A DNA stretch of 64,000 nt from Tilletiaria anomala UBC 951 (Eukaryota). The stretch spans positions 372,001 through 436,000 of the forward strand of contig NW_013547021.1 in NCBI RefSeq assembly GCF_000711695.1, in the 5' to 3' direction. Each line of letters begins with the position of its first letter. The first letter of the stretch is position 1. Of this stretch, positions 23,026-34,790 are shown piece by piece. The notes beneath the pieces are model-generated. The model searched no databases, was not told the origin of the DNA, and was given only the letters and a program-made list of their open reading frames with translations. The translations under genes and the position numbers were made by a program.

Positions 23026-25247
23026 TTACACCGCGTTGGGCCCCTTGTCAAATCGAACCGGCTGTCCGGGCCTTCCTTCGGACATGAGAACGACTGCATA
23101 CTTGCCAGAGATTCTCCAGCCAGGCTCCTCCTGATCCAACCTCTGAGCGATGGCGTTATCGACGCCAACGACGACGTCCGACTTGATCGTCCTCAGGGAA
23201 ATCACGGGTGGCGCGCCGTCCTCGCTTGCGAGCGGGCCGATGGCAATGTCAAAGGGCGTGTCACTGGGACTGCACGGAGTGAGCAGGGATGAACAGGGCC
23301 GCTGCATCAGTAAAATGTTGAGGGACAACCGCTTAGCATTGTTCCATGAGCGACTTACGCTTGGCAATCGTAAGTCAGCTTTCGGTGGTTCAGATCGCCC
23401 TTGAAGAAGACGCAGTCCGAGTCGGCAAGGTGCAAGAACAGGTCAGGTGCCTGTGTACACAGAATAACAACTCGTCAGATGTCGGGAATGACGCAGTGAC
23501 AACCCTCGCCTCGCGTGCACGTAGCCGCTGCTCACCTCGCCCGAGATGGACCAGAAGGTGTAGCCCTTGGATTTAAACAGAATCAAAAGGCAGTGCAGAT
23601 TGGGTCAGCAATTGGGAACTAAAAGCCACTCGTAGACTGCTGTAACCTGCGCATCAGAAGCGCAGATAGCTGGCATTGGTACTCACAGTGCACCAGAATG
23701 GATGTTGCTCATAGATCCACTTGCCCTGCCTGACATAGCTCTGCCATCTCTGACCCAGAGACTTGAGCGAAGCGAGCTCGGCGTCGGTACCGTTGGGGAA
23801 AAGGCTTCCGTAGACCATGGTATTGATGAGCCAGTCAAAGTCCTTGCGCGTGACGTCAGATACAAACCAGGGCAGGCGCTTGCCGTGGAACCGGACCTCG
23901 GATGCGATGCCCGACTGGATTAGCCAGTCGGCATAGACCATGTCGCAGTACAGCTCGAAACCTGCACATACACACATACAATAGTTTGACCATGAGGTGA
24001 GATGCGCTGCTCTGATGACGAGGGCGGAATGCACTCACCGGCATTGTCCAGAACAAAGTCAATGCGTCCATTTTTCATCTTGCCAAGCAAGCTCCACAGC
24101 TGCTCGAGGTGGTTACCAAGGATGTTCTTTTCTGTGTCTGCCAGGTGTTCCCCTCCGGTGGACTGCAAGTTTCTGATGTCTTCCTCGGTCATGTTGATCA
24201 GCAGTGACAAGTCGGTCTGCGAGTAGAGCGATGAAGAAGGTCATGTTTCAGAAGTATTTAGAATCTGCTTGGGTGAACGCGACTCACAGCGTTACCCCAG
24301 AGCGAGACTTGCGTCAGCTCGTGGAAGAGGAGCTGTTTGGCCTTTGACTTTTCATCTCTTGTCGCGCCAGGCTCGTGCTGGAACGGCTCTGCGAATCTAG
24401 TTGAAAGCTCGAACACTGCCTGACTGGAACGCGAAAAGGTATCGCACTTTTGCCTGAAGAAGACGTCGTAATCCTTCCAGTACTTTGACACGCTGAAGCA
24501 CTCGTGTAGACGGCGGTACTTGTACGCCTCGGCGAAGAGCCAAGGTGCGTTCATGAATGTCTTGCCTGTAGCGTTGTTTGTTTATGGGCAAGAGCGTGCA
24601 CAGGAAGAGGAGGGGTGAGCCTGATACCATCAACTCGGCGAAATCGAGCCCGCTCACCTCGGAAGAATTTGGCAATCTCTTTGTTCCACAGGGATACATC
24701 AGCTTCCGAATCATCAATGATCGGCCTACAAAAAAAGTTTAAACGCTTCAGTCAGCAGCCGGCGCCAATCCACGGGGGCGACCGAAAGGTCTACTCGCAC
24801 CTAAGCTTGGCGTTGTTGTTCAAATCCTTCATGAGCTGGTTCATCCGACTGACGCACGCAGCCAAGTCGGTGATCTTGTCTTCGTCGTGCTGTTCGTTAA
24901 GCGTGCGGATCGTATCGTCGATCGCCTTGCCCAAGATCGTCGGGAGACGCTTGCCCATCGTCTCGTGGGCAAAAGAGAACTCGTGGTAGCCTCTGTATGC
25001 GGGCCATGGCGGGTTGTTGGGATCCACGCGCGATGGAGTTCGTGGAGTGTCGCGCTGATCAATCGAGACCAGGGCGAAGAAGGGAGGTCAGCCGAGGGAC
25101 GAGATGAATAGCGCTCTCGCTCACGCTCCCTCCTACGAATGCCCGCATCCGACTCACATCAGGAAGAATCTTCTTAGGCGGCAAGTTGCCCAAGTTGAGC
25201 ACCGTGCGAGCTGCCGGTCGGGCAGAAGGGTGTGATTTATCGGTCAT
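23026..25247 (-). CDS. Damage-control sugar phosphatase, DUF89/ARMT1 (YMR027W-like); multi-exon
   Basis: SFAHETMGKRLPTIL, APWLFAEAYKYRRL, SLWGNA/TDLSLL, RIDFVLDNAG/FEL, FHGKRLPWFVSDVT, FKGDLNHRKLT, LRTIKSDVVVG, SGKYAVV. Confidence 0.92.
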
Positions 25248-25978
25248 GGTGTGGCTCACAAGCACTTGCTTCGTTTCCAAGAGCTGTTCAGAGGCGAACA
25301 AACAAAGGAGTAGTGGGGCGATGAAGAGGGTGACTTCCTTCCAAAGTGAAGGATTCCAACGTGAGCGGCCCTTTTATTAGTCGTTGATACACTGTGGAGA
25401 CCTTCGTGCTCTACGAAGCCTTTCATCGGCGATTGCAATATGCTGCGAGACTGTTGGACAGTGCATAGAATGGACGCTGGGTGAACAGAAACGATGTGAT
25501 CGAGAGCCTTGTCCTTCGCAAGCAGTTGGTGAAACGCATTGGCACTCTCTTGACGGCAGGCGGGGCACCACAACAGAGCGAGTCAGACTCTGCACGGGGG
25601 CAAGCCGCCCGCAGGCAGCCCCCCCCCTCCAGCGGAGCGCGCCAGGCGTGTCCCTGATGCAAGGTCCGTGCGCAGTATGCAGATTGCAGGCATTCGGATA
25701 GCTAGGATCCACAAGGAGGTGGTTTTTACAATCGAGAGAACACCAATGACTTATTGGAAAGACGCCGATGCGGTCATGTCTATGTCACTGTCCACAACGT
25801 CCCACTTCAACCTCTGTACAGATGCTCCAAATTCTAGCACGTCAAGAGGCAGCGTGTTCAAGTGTTATATAAACATGCTTACTATACGGGTTGAGGGCAC
25901 GTAAATCCGGCCTCCCTTGCAAGCGGTGTCCGTCGTTCTCCCTGTTCTCCATTACAATGGGCGCCGCGTCTGTCTACC

Positions 25979-26407
25979 CTACCTTTCTCCCCGCGCGACT
26001 TGGCTCCAAGAGCTCTTGAACTTCTTGCCTGCCTTCATGTTGGACAGAATGAAAAGAACACTAGCGACAACGCTGATTAGCACAATTTTTGCTGCATGTG
26101 CAGACGCGAGCGCATTGCAATTGCCGCGGTTGCGACGTGGAGACCTAGCGGGGCAGGCGCTGCGGAACAAGAGTTGATGCAACAAGCTTCAGCGATTCGC
26201 TTTTTCGAACCAAGCTGTGCAAGTATGCTCGTACTTCGCGAAGGAGATACTCACAGAGGATGACGGCTCCAATTTGTCTGATAGCATTGACGAGTGTGTC
26301 GAAGATCGCTTTGATCGCATTAATGGATAGTGCCAAATGGCAACAATGATGTTAACAAGTCCCTGGATCAGGTCGGTGATTCCGCTAACGAGAGACGAGT
26401 TGGCCAT
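25979..26407 (-). pseudogene. Small amphipathic/membrane protein gene with apparent 1-nt frameshift (pseudogene or sequencing error)
   Basis: MANSSLVSGITDLIQGLVNIIVAIWH continues as SINAIKAIFDTLVNAIRQIGAVIL only after a frame change near 26328; then a GTGAGT..CAG intron and KIVLISVVASVLFILSNMKAGKK. Confidence 0.4.
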
Positions 26408-26642
26408 ACATGTTTCTCTGCTATGCTCGCCTGGTGAATTATGTAGAATTTGTTGCTCGCTGTATCTTCACATAAGTGGATGCATCTGTTCGCGTGACCA
26501 GAGATTCGGCGAATCCACAAAGCCTCTTTTGTATCCTTGCTCGACATATGTGAGGCAGTGCTGGGGCAATGAAGGAGTCACGACTCGGCCCTGTGTTCAA
26601 TACGGCACGCACTACTTAGTCCCCGCCTGCTCGCGAAAGAGT

Positions 26643-26679
26643 GACGTTGATTCAAGCGCACGACGTTGATTCAAGCGCA
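26643..26679. repeat. Perfect 18-bp direct repeat (GACGTTGATTCAAGCGCA x2, 1-nt spacer)
   Basis: Read directly at 26643-26660 and 26662-26679. Confidence 0.9.
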
Positions 26680-26944
26680 AAAAGCGACGTCAGCCCTGTA
26701 CTGGTCTCCATGTGTGGCTCCTCCATCATCACTCAAAGACGCCCTTTAAGCAGACCACTCGCTACACACAAGCAGGAGTAACATGATTCACCAAAAGCTC
26801 CGCGCTCGGGCGCACGAATTTCTTTCTCATTCGCATTTACGGGCGGCTTTTAGACCAACTACAATCACGCTGGCGCGAACCAGTGGGCATTTGCTATCCA
26901 TTTCGCCTTCGGCCCACATGCTAAATTTCTCTCTCTATTTGAGT

Positions 26945-27963
26945 TCAGGCGGACGTCATCCTCTTTTCTGCCTCCTTGAAGTTTATTACATCCCTGCGGA
27001 GCGCGAAGTGAGCGTCAGTAAGTCGACAAGCGCCCGCAAAAGGAACCACCGGGAGGCAGGCTGTACGCAAACCCACCAGATGGCCTTGAAGTAGTCGGCC
27101 TTGACGTTCTGGTACTGCAAATAGTAAGCGTGCTCCCACGCGTCGATGCCGATGAGTGGGATGTGGGCTAAGAGGGCATGATAATCAAGATATCAAGGTA
27201 GAATCAGCGAATGTTTCCCTCCAACAGCTTGCTAGGCTTAGGACTCACTGATGAGAGGGTCTTGGTTGGCCGTAGTGACGATGTCCAGCTTGCCCTTCTC
27301 CTTGTCGTAGCCGAGCCACCCCCATCCGGAGCCCTGGATGCCCGCGAGTGCTGTGTTCATCTTGCTCTTCAGGCCATCCAAGCTGCCAAAGTCCTTCTCG
27401 ATCTGCTGCTGCAGAGGACCAGCGCTGAGCTCTCCTCCACCTTGCTTGGGAGGAGCCAGGTTGGTCCAGAACAGAGAGTGGTTCAGGTGACCACCGCCGT
27501 TGAAGTTGAGCGCCTTTTGGGTTGCGATCGCCTTCTTGACATCCTTCTTGGCCAGCGCATCGCTCATCGCCTCTTCGGCCGCGTTCAGATTGGTGACGTA
27601 TGTGTTGTGGTGCTTCTGGTGGTGCAGCTGCATGATCTGCGCGCTGATCGCGGGCTCGAGCGCCTGCATTGCGGAAAGCAAAACACCCAGGTGCAAACAA
27701 GAACCCAAGTCGCCGCACAAGTAATGCAAGAACGATAAGTGTGTGAGGCATACAATAACGTTCGTGAGTCTCCTTTCCAATGAGCTTTAACTGATTGTAT
27801 CCGAAGCATATACACCAGTCCCTTCACTTACACCGAAATCGTACGGAAGGTCGGGCAGAGTATGCTTGCTGCGAACAGCCATAGCGACACCAGCCCTGCG
27901 GGCAGGCGCACTTGCGCGGACAGCGCCGGCCACGGTCGAGCGGGTCAGAGCAGTGCGGACCAT
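26945..27963 (-). CDS. SOD2: Mn superoxide dismutase with mitochondrial presequence; 4 exons
   Basis: [73 protein letters not shown]. Confidence 0.97.
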
Positions 27964-28507
27964 CGTTACTTGAATATCTCGTCTTGCTGTGCGTATGCAG
28001 TGCTGAGATGATCTACGAGTCGTCAAGATCCAGGATCTGGACACCACGCCTGGTAGGTGAGAAGTAAGAGGTGGAGTGCAATTCTCATCCCAGATCGATG
28101 ATGAAGTCATTGATTCTCACCGACTCTCGACGAGACGATGTGGCCGCTGTGCTGGGACGGGACCCGTCCAGCGTCCCAGAGGTGCCAGCGCGCTCTCTCT
28201 CTCCTCGCCTCACTCGCTTTCTAATCTCGCCCCCTTGCGTGTTCATCGCAAGTTCTCAAGTTTCGGTGCAACCTTTTTTTTCTTTCGACGCCTCCCAAGT
28301 TCACGCAGCACGCTGCAGCTCGTGACTGTGCGGTGCTCGCACTGGCGCCACATTTTGTATTTTACCATAGCCTTTTCATGCACTCTAGGTCATCTCACTT
28401 CGCAGTCTTTGCAGCATCTTTCTGGTTGTTCATGCTGGGGAGCTCAACTCAACCGACAGCCTTCCAAGTCATCATCCTCGGCACGCGCACCCATTGGACT
28501 CACAGCA

Positions 28508-29925
28508 ATGTCAGCTGCAGCCGATCCCCTCTCCCTGCAGGAAGGCGGCACATCATATGACCCTTTCCCCACCTTTAAGTACTCCGGGCCCCTTCGGCCT
28601 GCCTACCCGCTCTCGCCCAAGTCAAAAGTACCCTCGCACATTGTCAGACCCAACTATGCGCGCGAATCGGTGAGCATAATTTCCAGAGAAGGCATCAGGC
28701 TGCAGTGGGATATGTGGTACGAGGTGCGCACCTGCTCGCATTTCTTTTCCATGTGCAGGTGTCTGTTTTGCGACGACGGCTCCAATGTTCCAACGGGGTG
28801 ATCGCGAACATTAACTTGGATGCTGATACGTGCTGGTCGCTTGTCGAAGTTTTTTCAAAGCAAGAACATCAAGATTAACAGCAAAGAAGAGCAAGAAGGT
28901 GTACGCAAAGCTGCTATTGTGAGCGTTGCACAGTACAGCTTGTCATGCGCTGGCGTGGTCGATACTAAATACCTTCTTGTCACGCACTATCGCTTATTAA
29001 GCTCGCCCGAGAGGTCCTCGACATCTGCGGTGCAGCGGTACGACCGGGGATCACAACGGATGAAATCGACCGGATATGCGTCGAGGAAGCGATCAAGCGC
29101 GACTGCTACCCATCGCCTTTGGGGTACCATGGCTATCCAAAGAGCATCTGCACGTGAGTGTGGATAGTGCAGAGCGACAAGTACACACACGTGTTGAATC
29201 ACTTGGGACCGTTCTTCAGATCAATAAATGAGGTTATCTGCCACGGAATCCCCGACCAGACCGTCCTCAAAGATGGAGACACGATCAATCTGGATGTGAC
29301 GCTGTTTCACAAAGGCTTTCATGGCGACTTGTAAGTCAAGCTTTACTTGTCTGTCGTTTCACACAATTTTGCTTACTGACTCGTTGCCGTCCCCATCGGT
29401 AATAGGAATGCCACCTACGCAGTTGGCGAGAAGGCGCGAGAGAATGCAGACGCCATGAAGCTCATCAAGACCGCTCGAGCCTGTCTCGACGCGGCGATAT
29501 CCCTATGCGGACCCGGCATCCCCTATGGTGCGATTGGGCATGTGATTCAGCCACTCGCTGAAGCACAGGGGTGCGCAGTGGTGAAGAACTATACCGGCCA
29601 CGGCATTGGCCGTTACTTCCACGGTTCGCCGACCGTCTTCCATCACAAGACCAAAAAGGCATATGGCGTGATGCAGCCGGGACATATTTTCACAATCGAG
29701 CCAATGCTAAACTTGGGCGACAAGTGGCAGGATCTCAGTTGGCCGGACGACTGGACCGTCACGACAACCGACGGCGCGTGGTCTGCCGCCGCGGAAGAAA
29801 CGTTGCTCATCACGGAGAATGGCGTCGAGGTGCTCACCGCGCAAGGTGGACCAAGGAAGTACGACACGACGAAGCGCAGGCAGGCGTGGGCTGTGCAGCA
29901 GCAAGCCCAATCAAAGGCCAAGTGA
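28508..29925 (+). CDS. Methionine aminopeptidase type I (Map1-like), no N-terminal zinc finger seen; multi-exon
   Basis: [90 protein letters not shown]. Confidence 0.93.
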
Positions 29926-30347
29926 AATGTTGCATCGTTTATCCACGCTTGAACTTTAAAACTGCTCGTCTGAGCGCCAACCCATTTCTCTGAGGCGCAT
30001 GTGGTGCAGCAAATGTTCTGAAAGAAGGCGGGGAGGTGATATTACAAACACGGACTTTCTCCGAGTACGAGCGGTTGACGTGCGTCATGCTGACTTCGTA
30101 CAAGTACAATGTCAGGAGGGTGGAACAAGTTAAAGACAAAGTAGTATGTGGGTTGCTCGCAGCGCTCAGCGGCAAAGCAAGCGAGCGTGTCGTGATTGGT
30201 AGCAGTGGTGGGGTCTGCAAGAGGGAGTGATCCGGAACAAGTGCAGGTAGGCCCATATGCGCTTCCGCCGATTGTGATCCGCCTTGTTGCCTGGGCTGTT
30301 GCATGGTAGCAACTAGAGTGGGCGAAGCGCTGCAAGGGTCGCAGGTC

Positions 30348-30940
30348 TTAGGCACGTGCTGCCTTCTCCCTCTCGTGACGCGCCTTGTCCGCATCGGCTT
30401 GCGCAACATATGGCCTCTTCTGGTCGTCGGTCATCTGCTTCCACTTTGCACCGAGAAGACGCCCCACGTCACCTGCATAGTATCAACGAAAGGGATTTGA
30501 CCGGACAGCGTTGCCACATAGCGAACAATACGGCGCGGTGATTGTGTCGGGGAAAGACATGGGCGGCAAGGAGAGATGCGTTGGCAGAGAAAACACGGTC
30601 AGCGCACGAATGTGCATCGGAGACGCATGTGGGCGCGCTTCTGCAGGCACCGACAGCTAAAGCAAGCATACAGGATCAAGGCGCGCGCATGCCTCTCGCA
30701 ATGATGTTGAATTGCAACAGTCGCGCCCACACGGTACCAGAGATGCATTCTTGTCCTTTCCTACGGTTCAACAAACTCACCAAAGCCAGCCTCTGGGTTC
30801 TCGAGCTTGACCTGTTCGCGCTGCGCTTGGCTGAAGTACATGTATGCAGAGAGAGGCTTCTTGATTGCGTTCGGGTCCTTGGATTTCTTGGTCTTCCGAG
30901 TAGTAGACGACGCAACCTTTGCATTTGCTTTTGGCGCCAT
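30348..30940 (-). CDS. NHP6: HMG-box non-histone chromatin protein Nhp6; 2 exons reconstructed
   Basis: KKSKDPNAIKKPLSAYMYFSQAQREQVKLENPEAGF/GDVGRLLGAKWKQMTDDQKRPY..ADKARHEREK; a short extra 3' exon cannot be excluded. Confidence 0.92.
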
Positions 30941-32426
30941 TTTGAACGGCTGTATGCGCGTCAAACGGGTTAGAGGGAGCAAAATATTTCAAGCGTCAGT
31001 CTTGGTTTCTATATTGCCATGGAGGACAAGAAAGCCGCGAGTGTGCGATACGTGCTGCCGGAAAGCCCATCATGACGAACCCAAACGACACGTCTCGATT
31101 GCTGCGAGGTAGCATCAACGCGTCCCGGAAAAGCCCTGGAACCCCAGCAGGTCTGGAAAACGCGTTTACGGCGTCTTGGGGGAGGAGGCAGCCCTATGGC
31201 GGCTTCGGAACGCGTGCAGCGGGCCCCGTGGAGCCAGCAGAATATACTCACATTCTGTTGACAAGCAAACGCGATGGAATGCGTGATTTGATGGCATCAA
31301 CAGAGGTCAATACGGGCGTTTATATGGCTCAGTCAGTGGGGACCAATTGTGGAAAGAGAGGGACTCATGCTTACCTTGACTATACGGTGTGGGATGCTTG
31401 GATTTGCTATGAGCTGTGTCTTTGTGTTGGTCTCTCTGGCTGCGGCGTGGTAGTGGCAGTTGTGGGTGACTGGGTGGGCGGATGAGTTTTGGCAGGGGAG
31501 ACAATATGGGCGACTGGTGGGTGAGATGCGCGGATGGTTCTGCCAGCGACGGTTTGACTGCGCTCGATTGTCAAAGGCCAAGCGGCAAGGCGACAGATTG
31601 AGGGAGGGAGGGCCTAGGCCGTTCCGCCCCAGCCCCACCGCATGCGCCCTGTGTACGGGTGAAGTGACTCGAAATGGAAACACGGCGCCGAGTGGCGTCC
31701 AACGAGGACCACGCCAGCAGGGTGGCTCAAAATCCGGAATAATACGGGGAAACGCGTCTCGATTCCGGGTCTCGTTCTTGCGTTAACTCGGTTGCAATGG
31801 GGACTTTGGCTCGGCCCCTGGAAAAGCCTCTGGTATCTCCGCGACCCTCGGCGTGATCCCCGAAGGTATTGGATTCTCACGGGCCACACGCCTTCTGCAC
31901 CGGAAAATTGGGGGATGATGTCGAGAGAGGGTCGGCAAAGATGTCTTGTCTGCTGTGGCTTGAGCCACCAATTTTATGCTGGGCCGCCGGCCCCCTTCGC
32001 ATAGTCAAATACTAGCATTGAGAGTGTTCTGCACTGCGATGCTGCCGTGCCCGAGGATCAGGCGAGGAGCCCCGCCCGCCCCACCCTTGTAACCTTTGGT
32101 CCTCATGCCATGGGGCTCTGGACTTGCGCCTTGCGGCACCAACCCGTTATGGACTTTGGGGCAGCTCTATGGACCCAAGGGAGTTAAGACGATGACGAAC
32201 GCGCGTCAATGACATCTTTGCGTCCCTTTAACTCATGCAGTCTCGTTCACTACAGTCGGAAAACGGCTTCGCACGGCGCTGAGGACAAACTCGAGCACAG
32301 TCTTGTCCTGCGTGCTTGACCAGGCTTGAGCTGACCATTGTTCCTCGTCGTTTGGTCTCTTGAAATAGGGACGTTCTCCCTGCCTAGCTACGCTCCCTGT
32401 AGGTCCATCACAATCCTCTACATGAG

Positions 32427-33951
32427 ATGCCTTCGACAGCTCAGAACCAACCTAGTGTGCCGCATCCCCTGGAGGGCGAGCACGTTCCTCAAGGCGATGA
32501 GTTGGAGCACATCGCAGGTTTGTTTGAGCAGATGATCAATGAGTCGTCTCACCCTGATCACCGTGAGTGATGCCCCTTGTAGTCTCACATTTCTACGACG
32601 ACATAGGTATGACCTTGCGGTAACTGACTAAAACTGTACTCTTGCAGCGGAGAAGCTGCGTCCCTTAGCAGACGGCCATGGCGCTCTGACGCCCGGAGCT
32701 GCTTCGACCCACGCACACGGAAAATGGTGGAAGAAATTCTGGCCGGACCATCTAGAAGAGAGACTAGACAAATTGTTCAATCAGCATCATATGGGAAACT
32801 ACGTTGCTATTCGAGCCCAGAATGGCAGACCGCAGACGGAGGTCTTCGAGAGCATGCCTATTTACGTTCGAGGTGCGCTTGATCAGCCCAGACACAGAGG
32901 GGAGCTATATGGCTAACGCTTTTGCCATGTTCCTCAGTTGGCATGCAGTCAGTGAACCAATAACCTGGCCCCATGCTCTGCCCGTGCTGAATTCGTATCC
33001 CCTCTGTTACAGCTTGCTTTTCTCTAGTAGCCAGGATAAGTCCTTGCTTAGATACAAAAGCATCGAGGAGCTGCTTAAATCCTCGTCTATTCGGCAGGGA
33101 CGGGTTTATGATGACAGCTCGAACCCGAAGGCCGTGCTTGAACACATTCAATCATTCATCGCAACTTATTCGCTTGACACGTCAGAGCTGCTGAACCCGG
33201 ATCCGGCATCGTATACCTGCTTCAATGAGTTCTTCTACCGTAAGCTCAAGCCTGGTGCGAGACCGATCGCAAATCATGAGAACGATCGGGTCATTTCATC
33301 GGCTGCGGATTGCCGAATGACCGTCTTCAGTAGCGTAGACGAGGCCAAAGAGATCTGGGTCAAAGGCAAGAAGTTCACCATTGGAAACCTACTCGATGAT
33401 CAGAAGTTGGCCGACGAGGTGTTTACGCCAGGTAGCGACGTCGTCATTTTTAGACTCGCCCCTGCCGACTACCATCGTTGGCACTCGGCCGTTGGCCCCG
33501 CTGTGGTTGGTGCCACGAAGCAGCTTGCAGGAGAATACTACACTGTCAACGTGAGTCTCGTCTCGATCTGTTGAAGACCAATGAGCTCACGCGACCCTCC
33601 CCCGTTGTCTTGCAGCCTCAAGCTGTCAACGAAGACTTCAATGTTTTCACCGCCAACAAGCGCGATGTGATGATCATGACTTGGAAACCATCAGGCCTGC
33701 AACCCATTCCAGTAGCCAGCGTTCATGTCGGTGCGATGCTTGTCGGCTCCATCGGTTACGATGTCGCGCAAGGCACCAACGTGCAGCGCGGCGACTCCAT
33801 TGGATACTTTGCGTATGGCGGTTCAACGGTCATTCACATCTTTCCGCCGCAGGCCAAGATCAAATGGGACGACGATATTCTGGCAAACAGCCGGAAGAAC
33901 CTGGAAACTATGGTTCGCGTCGGGGACCATATGGGTGAAGTGCAGAATTGA
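32427..33951 (+). CDS. Phosphatidylserine decarboxylase (Psd2-type catalytic domain, no C2 domains); includes a 10-nt microexon
   Basis: ESMPIYVR/VGMH/LLF, FNEFFYRKLKPGARPI, SAADCR, FRLAPADYHRWH, YYTVN/PQAV, VGAMLVGSI, self-cleavage motif FAYGGST. Confidence 0.93.
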
Positions 33952-34790
33952 GCTTTATTTCCATCAAGGTGGTAAGCGCAGAGCATCGAGCATCTTCGGT
34001 CGACATTACATGTATACCAAACCTCGCTAAAGATTCAGTCCGGCGGCGGCTCGCGCTGCTTATTTTGTACGTGCAAATGCGCTCGGACGCATAGGGTAAA
34101 AAGCATAGATGGGGTTGCACTTGAATCTGTCGGGGGTGGTCTTGACACTTGCTTCTTTTACGGTGCGCAAATGGTCCGATTAGCTATTCGGATTGAAACA
34201 AAAAGGAAAGAAAGACAGCACCTCGTGCCCTACTAATCGCCCAGTGCCCCCATCCCATGTGTGTTGTGTCTGCAACCTACTGGCTACTGTGCGTACATGC
34301 GTTGCTTCATCGCCTCAACTTTCTCTCTCTTCGGCCGAGTGTTGGTTTCGCGCTTCGCGTCCAGTTGCGCTCGTTGCCAAAATTCATGATCCCCAAAGAG
34401 AGAGTTCTTCGGCAGATTTAATTAGTTCAACCCCCCTCTCAACTTCGCCTCGAGCCGCTCGACTTCCATTGCTCATCTGGCTTGATTTCTTTTAGCAGTC
34501 ACGCTGAAAGGCAAGCAGGGACGCTGGAGAACAGTTGCGAGACTTGGAAGCTGCCCCTGAGATATCGCCAGAATTTGGGCACCAGCAACTCGCTGCGGAA
34601 AGCTTCTCGTATCTTCCCACCCACCGTCGAAGCCGAGGCTGCCAGCCCAGTCCCTTACGTTCTGCCCCAAGTGAGCTAGATCTCCGCTGCTTTGACATAC
34701 GCAGACAGAGGAGGCACAAAGATCGCTGGAGGAAGTAAAGCTTGTCGACCGGAAACAATTTTCCCAGCCCAGTCAACTCCGTTGCCCAAG

